From NCBI RefSeq assembly GCF_009914755.1, contig NC_060934.1: a stretch of DNA of 64,000 nucleotides; one strand, 5' to 3'. Shown here piece after piece: positions 31,634 to 45,093 of the stretch (within the stretch, counting starts at the first letter, position 1; each line of letters starts with the position of its first letter). This DNA comes from the human T2T-CHM13v2.0 reference genome, Homo sapiens. Below the pieces are notes generated by a model, which was not told the DNA's origin, did no database searches, and saw nothing but the letters and a program-made list of their open reading frames with translations. Made by a program: the position numbers and the translations under genes.

Positions 31634-32149
31634 CTGCAGCAAAGAATTGTTGGAGAAAGAAACAACAGAAAATTAAGTTTACAAATTTGCAAAACTTGAA
31701 AATTAGCTAATTTTTGACAAGGGAAGGACAGGGGCAGGCAAAGAATGCTTGGCCAAACAGGGACCTTGACTCTGTCAGGATTATTTTTCCATCTTGGATC
31801 AATGCTACAGAAATATTTCTACAAAGAAATGAAGGGAGTAGGAGAAGCTGGAAGAACGAGGGATGAAATAGATAACTGTATTCTCTTCTCTTTTAGGGGA
31901 CTCTTTGTTTTATTTCCAAGGTTATTTCCTGAACCTGGAACACTTACCCTTCTTCCCTTCTTCCTACTGTGCCTTATGCACTTTCCATTTTGGGGGATTA
32001 ACAGACTGGTTATAGTCTGCTGTGGGAAAAGTGGAAGAGAAAGAGGATGGAGTCCATTGTTTTTCTTCCCTACCTCGAATCTTTTCATTCCACTTCAATG
32101 ATTTCCTACGCCATCCAAACTTAGCCTGATTTTCTGAGTCTTAAGTCAG

Positions 32150-32403
32150 TCTAGGCTCTAAAGCTTTCTCTAGGAATTTCACAAAGGCTATTTTACCCCA
32201 CCACCCTCATCACCTTCTAGCCTACTATATAATTTACTTATTTATTTTGTTTCTTGTCTATATAACCTCTACTAAAAAATAAACCCTGTGCGAACAGAGA
32301 TAGCTGTCTGTATAGTTCACAGATGAATTCCCAGCAGCTAGACTAAGGTCCAGTATGCATGGTACACTGATAAATATTTGTCGAATGAATGAATAAATGA
32401 ATG
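32150..32403 (+). mobile_element. L2 3' end
   Basis: Ends aaatatttgtcgaatgaatgaataaatgaatg, the typical L2 tail. Confidence 0.75.
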
Positions 32404-34488
32404 CATAGAAAGATGCCCAGAACACTCTGAGATATGGATGGAAGCTTCACAACTTCTAAGTCTACATGACTCTCTAAAACTCTCTGAAAGAAAAGTTGGT
32501 TGCTCTGCACAGTCTGCACCACAGAAGAAGCTATAAATACGTAAAAATTCACAGCTTCAGACGTTTTACACTGTCTCATTGGGATGCCCAATTTTGTCCA
32601 GAGCAATGGGATCAATCACAATAGCAGCAAGATGGAGGAGCTGCCTTCGAAACTGCCTTAAATCCTCATTTTATGCCTTCACGAATGTGTGATAAATTAC
32701 TTCATTCCCAACTCTCTGTGGGTCTTTCATTCAAAGTGTGCACCTAATGTCTCCAGACAGGTGGCCTTAATGCTACCCGTTGACCTCTTCCCCATCAACT
32801 TATTAATTGGTACTTTCTGAATTTGGTTCAGGGAAGCATGAAATATGTGTTTAATGTGTTGCTGTATGAAAAGAAATCACTGCAGCCCAAGGATTAAAGA
32901 TTACCAGCTGAGGATGCTGCACTTCCAAGAAAGAGAGAGAGAGGGGAATAGAATCATATCTTAAAAGAGCAGAGTGCCAGGCAAACACATGGAGCTTTCT
33001 CAAGCATTTGGAGGCAATCATATTAAAGCCTCTGAACAGTTAGTGTCATCTTTGAAAGTGGTGTCCTGTCACTGTAAATGGCACAAAAGGATTGCATGCC
33101 AGACACTCTGCCCAAACTCTGTTTATGCTATCCAGGACGAATTTAAGGTTCCTTGCTGTTCTTTCAACCTCCCCTTCTTGAAGAGGAGAAAAGGGATGTA
33201 ATGGGGTGAAGGCAATGCTGTTGCTATCAGCTACACTCCCGACAAGATGAAAAGCGCACACAAAACTGAAGACTAATTGCCTCTTGTACCATGTTCCAGG
33301 AAAGCCACTGCCCACCAACCATAAATTCTGACAAAGTTATGGATTTCTCTGTCTCACATTCACCAAGCAGACGGCGTTCCCTCATCAGATGGCCGACAAG
33401 GAGCCATCAGGTAATCTACGAAGTATAAACTCATATGGCTTCATTAAAATCTAGTGTATGCATTAAGCAAGTACATTTAGATGGCTCCTAAATTCACAGG
33501 AATATTTCCAAGTGAGTTCATATTTATGAATACATAAAACCTGTCATTTTTTGAATAACAAATAAGCCATCAAATGATCATATTGTTTTGTGTCTCCAAT
33601 CACAATTAACAATAATGTAAAACAACCTTTTTGCACTACTGCCGAAAAGTCATTTCCATGATAATATGAAGAAGCTCAATTTTATAGAACATCTATTGTC
33701 TCAGGCAAGGTGATTCCCTTCCCCACTCTGATTTTCTAGTTCCCTGTTAGCCAGAATATGCTTTCCTCTTTTCCCATGAGTATAGATCTCCCCACCTGCT
33801 TCTCCTGGCAGAATACTTAATCAAAATAAAATTAAACACAATTACAAACTAGGCCTACAGAATATTCCCAAAGCAAGCTGATTTTTATCAATCACTTTAA
33901 AGTATTTTTGATACCCATTTATGCTCCACGTGATCAGACTGCATAAGACATCCTGTATCAGGTAATATTGGGTGCGAGTGGCAGAGTAACGCACATATTT
34001 CCCAACAGATGGAAACTTAATATTATAAAAATAAAGCGACTCGTATCTTTGGCTTTTTTTCTGGATGTTGAAAATAGGCAGACCAAAATCCCACCTTCTC
34101 TATGCAGCCCTCACCTAAAACTCTCCATCTGAGAATTTGACATTTTGGAAATAATGGGAAATAGAAATTTCCCGGTGAGCTTTATAGGTATGTCTGTACT
34201 ACAGAAACATTCCAGTGGCTGCTCTCTTAAATTTCTGTTCAATTCTACTCAGAACAAACAGGTCAATCTGGATCCATTTTTCATTAGTTATTTTTCTTAT
34301 TGCAGAAACAACTCCATAAGACCTCTGGTAGAATTCAAAAGAAAAAGAAAACAAACTCATGACCCTATCATTGCAAGTTAAACCATGTTTGTGTTTCTTT
34401 CTACTTCTTTATCCACATCTCTATATCCTATTGTGGATTGAGGATTTTATTCTGGTTTTTTCTTTTAAGTTTGACATTATGGCCCATA

Positions 34489-34728
34489 TTTTTTTTTTTT
34501 TTTTTTTTGAGACAAGAGTATCGCTCTGTTGCCCAGGCTGTAATGCAGTGACACAATCTCAGCTCACTGCAACCTCTGCCCTCTGCCTCCTGGCTAATTT
34601 TTGTATTTTAGTAGAGATGGGGTTCGCCATGTTGGCTAGGCTGGTCTCGAACCCCTGACCTCAGGTGATCTGCCTGCCTCAGCCTCCCAAAGTGCTGGGA
34701 TTACAGGCATGAACCACTGTGCCCAGCC
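34489..34728 (-). mobile_element. AluS-type with internal deletion
   Basis: Right arm jumps from ctctgcctcc to tggctaattt, losing roughly 65 nt. Confidence 0.93.
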
Positions 34729-36852
34729 CCCCAAATATTCATTTTTAACTGAGCCATAGACACACAAATGCACACACGTTAACACACATGACTGTATAAT
34801 GTACTCCAATTAATCACAACCTTCAAATTAATTAAATTATGATTGTTGTAATGACTGAAACATAGTATGTACCTAATTGTTAATTGAATAAGTAAAATCT
34901 TATTATTTTAGTCTTAAATTCAAATTCTTTAATAATTTTGCTTCAAATGAATTGATGTTTGTCCTACCATTTTATCAGTAATAAAATATAAATAAGCTAA
35001 TAAGTAAAAAATTTAATGCGATCTAAATAAAAAAGCCTTAACATACTTGAGAAACAAACACTGAAAATAATAAATATGATCCAGTCTTTAGACATAGATG
35101 ATATTGTTCATAAATGAATAAGTCATATCTTCTCACAAGATTTTCTGCTCAGAAATATTTTCAAAATAGTAAGTTCAAATTAGCAAATATTCTTCAAAAA
35201 CAATAGATTACATTTCTTAAAGATGCCTAACAATCCCTATTTTTGCTAGTTTAGAATGACTCTTTATCCCCTTCTGACTCTTCATGTAACTTTGAACAAA
35301 TAATGTTTTGTTGTGTTTACTTCTCTGTATTCTGGAGCATGTTCTGGACAACAGAATTTTAGCATGCCTTTGTAAAAGGCATGAATCCAAGCTTTGCAGA
35401 TTCCTAAAGTAAGCTCTCCAAAAAGAGAGGTCATTGTCTGCCAGGATCAAAGCTTGTTCCATAGTAGGTCCACATACTGTTGTAAATGAATAAAGGAATG
35501 AATAAATGAATGAGTCCTTTTCATTCCTGCCTTCTGCTGCCTGCAGGCCAGGGGCCCCTGCAACACTGGGATTTCCAGTCCCCTTGAGCAAATCCTCGCT
35601 GTTCTACTTGAGGCAAGGAAGGTGAAGATAAGAGAAAGACACTGCCTTTATCAGGAAAGTAATTATTCCCTGTTCAGTTCCACCCATGAGTGATTAGAAC
35701 CAGTTTACTTATGCCTTGCAGGGTGTGCCGACTGACTGCACCTGCAGATGAATTGTTTCCATAGAAAGTCAATAATGGCAACACAGGATCCTACCACCCA
35801 ACTCCAAGCAATCATTCATCACCCACTTCAGAAGGAAGAAGAAACTTTATTTGCTTTTCCTAGAGTAGACAAATGAACATGAAATGCAATTTATAGATTT
35901 CAAATACGTCACTTCTCCTTTTTTTTTTTTTTGGTATTAGTCCTTCTGACAGCTCAGTGTCATCAAAAATTAAATGCACTTTCACTGTCTTTAGTTTGCT
36001 CCAGATTCAACATATGGCTACAGGAAGTAATTCTACAAAAGGTTGGCAGGCAGCTTTCTGATCCTTCCAGTTGTCGTCTCCTGCGGGCCTTCTTCCCAGA
36101 GGAATGCTGCTACTATTTAGTTTTCCAAATTCTTTTCCTAGATATGCTGTTCTTGGAATTCCACCATTTATTGGTTTATGTGGCGTGGAGTTAATAAAAA
36201 GTTCTTCACCACCTCCGGGCATATACTTTTTCGTACCATTTCTTTGGTCCTAATGGAAAAAGTATTTATTTTATATGTTGTTCATTATTTGTTGGCTCAT
36301 TTGTCTATTCTTTGTCATAAATGGGCTGGAATCAAGCAGAGGTAATGGGCTGCTGTGTGGATATCTCTTTTGCTTTACTCAGAGCTTAATTCAGCTCCAG
36401 ATGCCCATATCACAGGTGCATAATAAATGCTTTTCATAATGATAATGACAACAGCAAAGAAAAACAGCAACAGCAGCAATTAGGCACTCCAGTTATCTAC
36501 TGCTACCCACTTTATTCAAACAGAAATATTTCTCTCTATAAACAGAATAAAAGTCTATTTGCAAACCTCTGATCTCAAAATTAAAATCAAATTAAGCAAA
36601 ATGTAATCAGAGAAAGTAAGTCATCTGCTGACCAATGAGGGTGGAAAAGCTACCTATTCTCAATGAGGGCTGAGTACTTATCCTTCCCAGATGAGCTGAG
36701 GGAAAGAGCAATTAAGTGCTTATCAATTGGCAACTATTTGGAGGACAGTGTTAGGGAAAGTTGAACAGGATCCCAGAATGAACCATGGAAAGAAAATCAC
36801 AGAAATACAAACAGTGAAGGAAGGGGAGGAAGGGGATTAAAAAGAAAAAAGC

Positions 36853-36914
36853 TCAAATCAAGCACACACTGATAGAAATGAGTCAAATCAAGCACACACT
36901 GATAGAAATGAGTC
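36853..36914. repeat. Perfect tandem duplication, 2 x 30 bp
   Basis: tcaaatcaagcacacactgatagaaatgag twice. Confidence 0.97.
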
Positions 36915-37218
36915 TGTAAGAAGATGGAAATGACACAACCAATTTTCCTAAATCCCATCCTTCCAAACTCAGCGAAGCTTACCTATGTGCCATCTTTGTT
37001 TATTAGCACAAAATCGCGTCATTCAATACTGAGATGAACAGAACATTTAGGCAACAGACTGTCTGCTTGTGACCTGGAAAGTGATTCAGTGAAATGACTG
37101 GGAAACTATGGCATTGTATTTTAAAGAGTTTATTCTGTCCTTTTGATTTCAAACTGGTTTTCTAATGAGGATCCACAGACTCAGATTTTTTAACGGAAAA
37201 AAACAAGCATAAAAAACA

Positions 37219-37361
37219 TTTTTTAAGACAAGATCTTGCTCTGTCGCCCCGGCTGGAGTGCAGTTGAATGATCACAGCCTCAAACTCCTGGGCTCAAGGG
37301 ATCCTCCCATCTCGGCCTCCCAAAACACTCAGATTATAGGCATGAGCCACCATGTAAGGCT
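37219..37361 (-). mobile_element. Alu monomer (FRAM/FAM-like, or a recombined AluJ)
   Basis: About 140 bp, single arm, ctcctgggctcaag; flanked by AAACATTTTTT repeats. Confidence 0.8.
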
Positions 37362-37969
37362 GGGAAGAAACATTTTTTTAAGGAGCATGTAATTTCAGTC
37401 CTTCATATGTGTGTTAATTGCCTTGTCAGGAGACCCAACCCATTAATTATTATTTGTAACAATAATGAGGAGTCATTCAGTACCTCTTGGCCAATTCCAC
37501 AGAGTACATAGAAGATGAGTAAGGTTTATCAGGAATGACAACATATGAGTTACAGTCCTTGGAAGATGATTCAAAAAAGAAAACGTATAGGACATCTCTT
37601 CTTATTTCACTTGGGACTACTGAACATAGTCTTCTCCTTTGAGACAATTTAGAGAAACCCAAACGTACAAACACTATTTTACTGTAAGAATCTGCTTCCA
37701 CCATTGTGAATGGCACTGAACTTCTATAAAGGAAATATATGTCCACGTATATATTTCCATGGCGGGTTGATCCACAGGGCTGAGCATGGGGCTGGTGCAC
37801 CACAGACTTCTGTTCCACAGGAAGAGCCATAACCTAATCCTAAACCTGGCTCTAGTCAATGTCTTCATGAATGTGTACTTTTCCTCACAAAATAGAAAAG
37901 AAGGGAGTGTGCTTAGTGAAGGTCATTCACACCATGAGAAGAAAGGTAAGCTACAATCACAAGAAATAG

Positions 37970-38370
37970 TAAGGGGCCTGGGTTTAAAAACTCGGATTTG
38001 AATTTCTTCTCTGCTATTATCAGTTGTGCCACTTTGAATACCTTATAGCTCATTAAATCCTTTTTTTGAGTCTCAGTTTCCTCATTGAAGACAGTAGTGA
38101 TACCACAAACAAGTTGCCATTTATTGAGCTGTTGTGTATCAGGCTCCCTGCTAAAGCTTTAAACTAAATTATTCCATCAGATTGTTTATGAAAACTACTT
38201 CAGGTAGATATCATTATGTCCATTTGATATCGGGCTTAGAGAGATGAGGCAATTTGCTCAAGGTTGCACAGCTAGTCAGTGGTAAGGTTATCTATGTCAT
38301 GCCCTGCAGAGATTCGTGTGAAGATCAGATAAGATTATCTGTGCAAAAGCACTGTTAAGTTTTGTGCAAA
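37970..38370. mobile_element. Plus-strand MIR interrupted by a minus-strand MIR at about 38110-38285
   Basis: gagtctcagtttcctcatt, then atttattgagc...gctcaaggttgcacagctagt, then gtgaagatcagataag...aaagcac. Confidence 0.55.
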
Positions 38371-39054
38371 TATTGCGTTTACCTCACAAAGGATGACATA
38401 TATAGTACTTTATGTTCTGCTAAAATATGATAGTTGAATTCCAAAAAAGAGAGGGAAAGAGATTTAAATCTGGCATTACAAATATCTCATAAAAATATTG
38501 CCTAGATGAAAAAAAAGAGACAGCAAGAAGAAATGGGGTGTAAGATAATGGAGAATTCCAGTAACAAGTGTAAGACGACACTATATTCTTGAACAAATAA
38601 AGATAATTTCTTGGTTTTAAATATACAGTCAGAAGATCAAAACAGCCAGTTATGGTTCATACCCCAGATTTTTCACAATGGCTCTGGCTTCCTTTACCTT
38701 GTCCTTCCAGCATGATTCTTCCGTAGATTGGATTTTATGCTTTATCATAAAAATGGATGGGAAAAGGATAATAGGAATGGGCAAAAATCTCTGATGTAAT
38801 GTTCTTATTGGTGGAGAAACATTTTCCCACATGCTAGTTCGCAAAGAAGTTTATGCTAAAGCAAATAAGAACTATTACAGTGTAACTATTTTCCTAATAA
38901 GTGCATCCCATGCTTAACTGTCATTTAAAAAAAAAACAGACTCATTTTACTGGAGAAATTGCTATTATTAATATCATATGAGGTGACAGTGCAGAATATG
39001 GAATATTCACTAATGCTTAGCATTGGGTCATCTGGTTTAAAAAACTAAACCTGG

Positions 39055-39350
39055 GGCCGGGTGCAGTGGCTCACGCCTGTAATCCCAGCACTTTGGGAGG
39101 CCGAGGCAGGCGGATCATGAGGTCAGGAAATCGAGACCATCCTGGCTAACACAGTGAAACCCCATCTCTACTAAAAATACAAAAAGTTAGCTGGGCGTGG
39201 TGGTGGGTGCCTGTAGTCTCAGCTACTCAGGAGGCTGAGGCAGGAGAATGGCATGAACCCAGGAGGCGGAGCTTGCAGTGAGCCAAGATCGCGCCACTGC
39301 TCTCCAGCCTGGGCGACAGAGGGAGACTCCGTCAAAAAAAAAAAAAAAAA
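39055..39350 (+). mobile_element. AluY
   Basis: Full-length; TSD core CTAAAC(C/A)TGG. Confidence 0.96.
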
Positions 39351-39985
39351 CCTAAACATGGTATTTCAGAGGGAAATAATGATGTACACATTCAAAGAAT
39401 GTTTTTATTATTGCAGTCACTATGAGAACTAATTAAATACCTTGAGAATATTTGAGCCACCTTAAAAATCTCATTATCCTATAGCCTCCGTTCCAACCCA
39501 ATCAGAACACACTTCCATCAACATTACAAGTCCCAAAGTAACTTCTCTCTTAAATCCCCAAAGGTCTATAAATGCCAAAAGGTTACATCATTTTAAAATG
39601 TTAGCTGCTATCAGAAGGAGCCATGATGCTAAGAGAAACAGACATTCATCTTCTTTGCTCATGGGAAACTTTACAAGAAATGATGTTCATTTAATGATAA
39701 GAAATCTCTTTATTCCACAAGAAATGATAAAGAAACACAGGTGAGAAGGAAGAGAGAGCAGGAAAGAGAAGCTATCAGTCTATTTTAACATTGATTTAAG
39801 TGAGGGAAATCCATTTTTGGTAAAATCTGTAAGTTGTGTACTTGACTTTAGAGTTTGAATAAGTGTCAAGTTGAAAGTCAGGAAAGTAAAATGAAAAGTC
39901 CATAGACATTAATCCACTCTAAAAATCAGTGAACAGAATCCATCCACATTCTTCATCCCTTGCTGTATTTGTATCATCATCCTAA

Positions 39986-40505
39986 TGAAGGAGTTCAGGA
40001 AATGCCACCCCAAAATACCCTGCTTTGGTACACTGATTACCTCAAACTGAGGGCTCTTGGGGAACAGCCAATGCTGGCAGGAGCTCTCTCTGAGCTCTCC
40101 TTATCTGTCTGAAGACTGATCTAAAATAACTCAATTGTCATAATTTCCTTCCCCAGGAATCTCATCAACCAAAGATGAACTCAGATTACAGAAGAGACTA
40201 GAAGTTGACATTACAACCAGACTCACTATCACCTGTTCTTCTGAGGGCCCATTTGTCTTTCCCAAAATTCATTTACTTTTCCCTAAATTGCCTACATCCC
40301 TCCTCTCCTCCTTCCTATGAAGTGGGCATATAAGCTTTTAGATCTCACTGGGTTTTTGGTATTCACTTTTCTTTCATGTGATGCCCCTGTACATGTAATA
40401 CATTTGTTTACCTGTTCTCTTATTAATCTGTCCAGTGATGGTTTATTTCATGGACTCAATTATAAAGCACTCAGAGGGTAGAGGGAATTTTTTCCCTTTC
40501 CTACA
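39986..40505 (+). mobile_element. ERV1 solo LTR (MER34-like)
   Basis: TG...CA ends with a perfect 4-bp TSD CTAA; start tgaaggagttcaggaaatgccaccccaaaata. Confidence 0.8.
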
Positions 40506-41094
40506 CTAACAAGTACGTTTTAATTTTACTTATATTAATGCTTCATGATAAACTGGCAAATATACTAGGGTGTACTGGGGAAGATTAATGAAGTCTCAGC
40601 CACGTGAGACCTTGCTAATGTATTTGACTATTAAAGCTTTCCTGAAAAGACTACGGAGACCACCAGGGATTTCTCTTATACAGGATTTGCAGATTAGTGA
40701 AGTGAGAATAGCCTGGTGCAGCTCTACTGCAGAGCTCTTTGGAAGATGGGCCTAGAGGGGGTCATCCAGGAGGAAGCCTCTCATATTAACAATGAGGTCC
40801 ATTTCATGTAAAATTTTCCTTCCTTCTTCAGTTATTTAATGACAAACATTGATCATCTCAAGTTGTTGATGAGAGGTGGAAAAGGGTCAATGTGCTTAAT
40901 TGACATGTCAGAGCATAATTACATCATCTGCTGCTTTCCTCTCTCTTTTTGGATTTCAGTCACAGCAGGAAAGACAGCAGTGCGGTGTTTTATGAAGATG
41001 ATTTTTTTCATGACTGCATATTCTAGGTTTAATTCTATCTCAATATACATACCTCAGAAGCATTAGAACTGACATAGTATACTAAAGAGAAAAG

Positions 41095-41669
41095 GAGTTC
41101 TATTCTACTTATGTATTGTATAACAATCTATCTCAGAACAGTGGCTTCAAACAAGCATTTTGTTTTGTTTAAGATTTTGTGGGTCAGGAATTTGGGAAAA
41201 GCTGAGCTGAGTAGGTAGTCTCAAATCCACATGATGTCAACTGTGGTGGCCAGAGTTGGATATTTCACTTCCAAGATGGCTCCTTCATTCCTGTATCTGG
41301 TTGGACCTCTCCCTTTCTCTCTGCATGACATCACATCCTCCAGGACCCCCCATGTGGCTGAACATCACATAACATGGCAGTTTCATAATAGTTGAATTTC
41401 TTATATAGCAGTGGTTTCCTTCAGTGTGAATGTCCCAAGATCAAGTATTCCAAAGGGCTAAAGTGGAAGGTGCAAAGCTTTGCATGACCCATCCTTGGAA
41501 GACCCAGGACATCAATTTTGCCACATGCTATTGGTCAAAGAATTCTGGGCCAGACTTAATGGGAGGAAAAAAATAGACTTCACCTCTCAAGGGAAGAAAA
41601 GCATGCACACGCACACACACACAAACACACACACACAGAAGCAAGCCATATTGAAGATAAGTAACCACA
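41095..41669 (-). mobile_element. Old MLT1 (G/H-like) LTR
   Basis: agtggcttcaaacaa, tgtgggtcaggaatttggg, cacttccaagatggct, ctattggtcaaag motifs. Confidence 0.7.
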
Positions 41670-43068
41670 ACTATCTTCTGTAAAACTTGTCACATAATTT
41701 TTAAAAATAGATATGATAAAAAGTTGTAATTATTATATTCAATATGAATTAAAATGTCCTCATAATCATAGAATTCCTGGGATATAGATATCTTGAAGTT
41801 GCCAGAATTTTCATTGGGTCTTACCTTAAACTTTTGAAGGCTGAAAAATTCTAATCTGTTATCAGATTAAGGTAAGTGTATTTATTGAAGACCAAGTGAA
41901 TTGCATTGTTTAGTCCCTCTCAGGGACATTAAGGGAGCCAAGGTTGAGTAATTTCAGTGTGTGAATTTTCAGGGTACATAAATTACCCAGATTAAATTAT
42001 AGAAGAATAGACCAGTTCAATGTCCATTAAAGTGTGCCTAAGCAACTCTCTAATAAAAGAACCTATATCTAGGCATTATAATCCCCTCATTTAATTAAGG
42101 ATCTGATATCATGAAATATGGGTTTCTTAAGAGCAAAGTAGTCCTTGCTCTTCTATGCTCACAGAGAAAGCACTGATATCATTTACAACATAAACCAGAA
42201 ATTGAAAATAGGATACTTAGTGTTCCCTTCAGTTTGGAAAATGGATCTTAAAATAAACCTAATGATTTTCAGGTATCCTTGGGCTAACAACAACAAAAGG
42301 CCATTTAGGTCTGAAAGTGAATGGTAAATGTATTCTAGAAACATAAAGAAAGTTCAATTTTTATCATGCCCAGGCCCACATAAAACCATCTAAAATTTTT
42401 ATTTTATTATTTTTTAAAATTGTATTTGCATCTGGCTGCATAGCTCAATTCCTGCTGCTGCTATGCCAACCCTATAAAACACTCATCTGCTCCAAGTTAT
42501 TACCAACAGGGAATCCACACTTCAAGAAAATAACCACAAAATCAGCTCTCTTGACATCAGTGGTATTTCTCAACACCCCAAAAGTATTTTGTATGCAAAG
42601 GGAACAAAAATGTTGCCTTCTTTAAACCGTTTCAAACAACACGATCTTTTATGGATCTGGCCTAGTATCTTTTATACAGCTAGTCACCACAATTGCTTAT
42701 AGGCAAGGATCCTCATCAATCAGAATAATTCCTAATCAAGGGGCTACCATGAAGTCCAATTATAAAAGCTCCAATTCTGTTTTGTGACTATACAAAAGCC
42801 ATTTTCAGACCCAGGTTCATATTCATGATAAGTTGAATAAGTTCATGAAGATACTGTCATTTTAAAAGTTGTCTGATCTTGATTCAAGAGCTGCCTTGAT
42901 CATATGAAAGACAGTTCATAGATGGTTTGGCTTTCTTTGAATGTGTCATGAATAGGGTGAACATACATTACATGTTGCCTTTGAAAGTCTTGGCTTATTC
43001 CTATAGCACCATCATAAATATTATTACTGACATGCAGATATGACTTGGATGATAAATTAATCAAACAG

Positions 43069-45073
43069 TTATAAAACCAACAGAGCTCATGAGAACTCAC
43101 TCACTATCATGAGAACAGCATGAGGGGAACCACCCTCATGATCAAGGTCTCTCCTTCAACACCCAGGAATTACAATTCAAGATGAGATTTGGGTAGGGAC
43201 ATAAAGCCTAACCATATCATTCTGCCCTGGGCCCCTCCCAAATCTCATGTCTTTTCATATTTAATAACCAATTATGCCTTCCCAACAGTCCTCCAAAGTC
43301 TCAACTCATTTCAGCATTGACTCGAAAATCTACAGTCCAAAGTCTCATCTGAGACAAATCAAGTCCCTTCTGCCTCTGAGCTTGTAAAATCAAAAGCAAG
43401 TTAGTTACTTCCAAAATACAATGGAGGTACAGGTATTGGGTAAATGCTCACACCAAATGGGAGAAATTGGCCAAAACAAAGGGGCTACAGGTCCCACACA
43501 AGTCTGAAATCCAGCGGGGCAATCATTAAACTTTAAAGCTCCAAAATGATCTCCTTTGACTCTATGTCTCACATTGAGGTCATGCTGATGCAGGAGGTGG
43601 GCTCCCATTGTCTTGGGCAGCTCTCCCCCTGTGGCTTTGCAGGGTACGGCACCCCTCCCACACCAGCTGCTTTCATGGGCTGGTGTTGAGTGTCTGTGGC
43701 TTTTCCAGGGGCACAGTGCAAGCTATCAGTGGATCTACCACTTTGGGGTCTGGAGGACGGTGGCCCTCTTCTTACAGCACCAATAGGCAGTGCCCCAGTG
43801 GGCACTCTGTGTGGGGGCACTGACCCATTTCCCTTCTGCACTGCCCTAGCAGAGGTTCTCCATGAGGCCTCTGCCCCTGCCTCAAACTTCTGTCAAGACA
43901 TCCAGGCATTTCCATACATCCTCTAAAATCTAGGTAGAGGTTCCCAAATCTCAATTCTTGACTTTGTGCACATGCAGGCCCAATACCATGTGGAAGTCAC
44001 CAAGGCTTAGGACTTGCACCCTCCACAGCAATGGCCTGAGCTGTGTGGTGGTCCCTTTCAGCCACGCCTGCGACAGAGGGCACCAAGTCCCTAGGCTGCA
44101 CAGAGCAGCAGCAGTGCCCTGGGCCCGGCCCACAAAACCATTTTTCCCTCCTATGCCTCCAAGTCTCTGATAGGAGGGACAGCCATGAAGTTCTCTGACA
44201 TGCCCTGGAGACATTTTCCCCCTTGTCTTGGCAATTAACATTTGGCTGCCTGCTAATTATGCAAATTTCTACAGGCAGCTTGAATTCCTCCCCAGAAAAT
44301 GGGTTTTTCTTTTCTACTGCATTGTCAGACTGCAAATTTTTCAAATTCATGCTCTGCTTCCTCCTGAATGCTTTGCTGCTTTGAAATTTCTTCTGCCAGA
44401 TACCCTAAATCATCTCTCTCAAGTTCAAAGTTCCACAGATCTCTAGGGCAGGGGCAAAATGCCACCAGTCTCTTTGCTAAAGTATAGCAAGAGTGATCTT
44501 TGCTCTGGTTCCCAACAAATTCCTCATCTCTATCTGAAACCACCTCAGCCTGGACTTCACTGTTTATATCACTAATCAGCATTTTGGTCAAAACCATTCA
44601 CCAATCTCTAGGAAGTTCCAAACTTTCCCACATCTTCCAGTCTTCTGATCCCTCCAAACTGTTCTAACCTCTGCCTGTTATGCAGTTTCAATTTATACCA
44701 GTACTCCACTCTCTGCAGTACCAATTCACTGTATTAGTCTGTTCTCACACTGCTCTAAAGAACTGCCCAAGATTAGGTAATTTATAAAGCAAAGAAGTGT
44801 AATTGACTCACAGTTCTGCGTGGCTGGGGAGGCCACAGGAAACTGACAATCATGGCAGAAGGCAACTCTTCACAGGGCGGCAGGAGAAAGAAGAGGTGAG
44901 CAAGAGGAACTACCAAACACAAAACCATCAGATCTCTTGAGAACTCACTCACTATCATGAGAATAGTTAGGGTCGGGTGGGGACCATCCCCATGATCCAG
45001 GTCTCTCCCTCAACACCTAAGGATAACAATTCAAGATTAGATTTGGGTAGGGACACAAAGCCTAACCACATCA
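43069..45073 (-). mobile_element. THE1/MST-type MaLR provirus: 5' LTR 45073-44730, internal 44729-43220, truncated 3' LTR 43219-43069
   Basis: Both LTR copies carry gatttgggtagggaca(c/t)aaagcctaacca(t/c)atca; the 1.5 kb interior resembles THE1-int (ORF-track peptides such as DLWNFELERDDLGYLAEEISKQQSIQE). Confidence 0.92.
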
Positions 45074-45093
45074 TGGTGCTTCTCAATTCATAA

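Noticed and set aside
31409-31642. 77-aa ORF as a standalone gene
   Set aside because: It is the 159-nt SORCS1 exon plus intronic read-through beyond both splice sites.
40715-40755. Plus-strand peptide SSTAELFGRWA resembling SSAEFGRRWQ of the 74-nt exon (possible inverted exon copy)
   Set aside because: Only two short nucleotide matches with a gap, and no flanking homology; compatible with chance.
43405-44597. Cluster of overlapping ORFs on both strands
   Set aside because: Fragments of the MaLR internal region, GC-richer and broken by frameshifts and stops.
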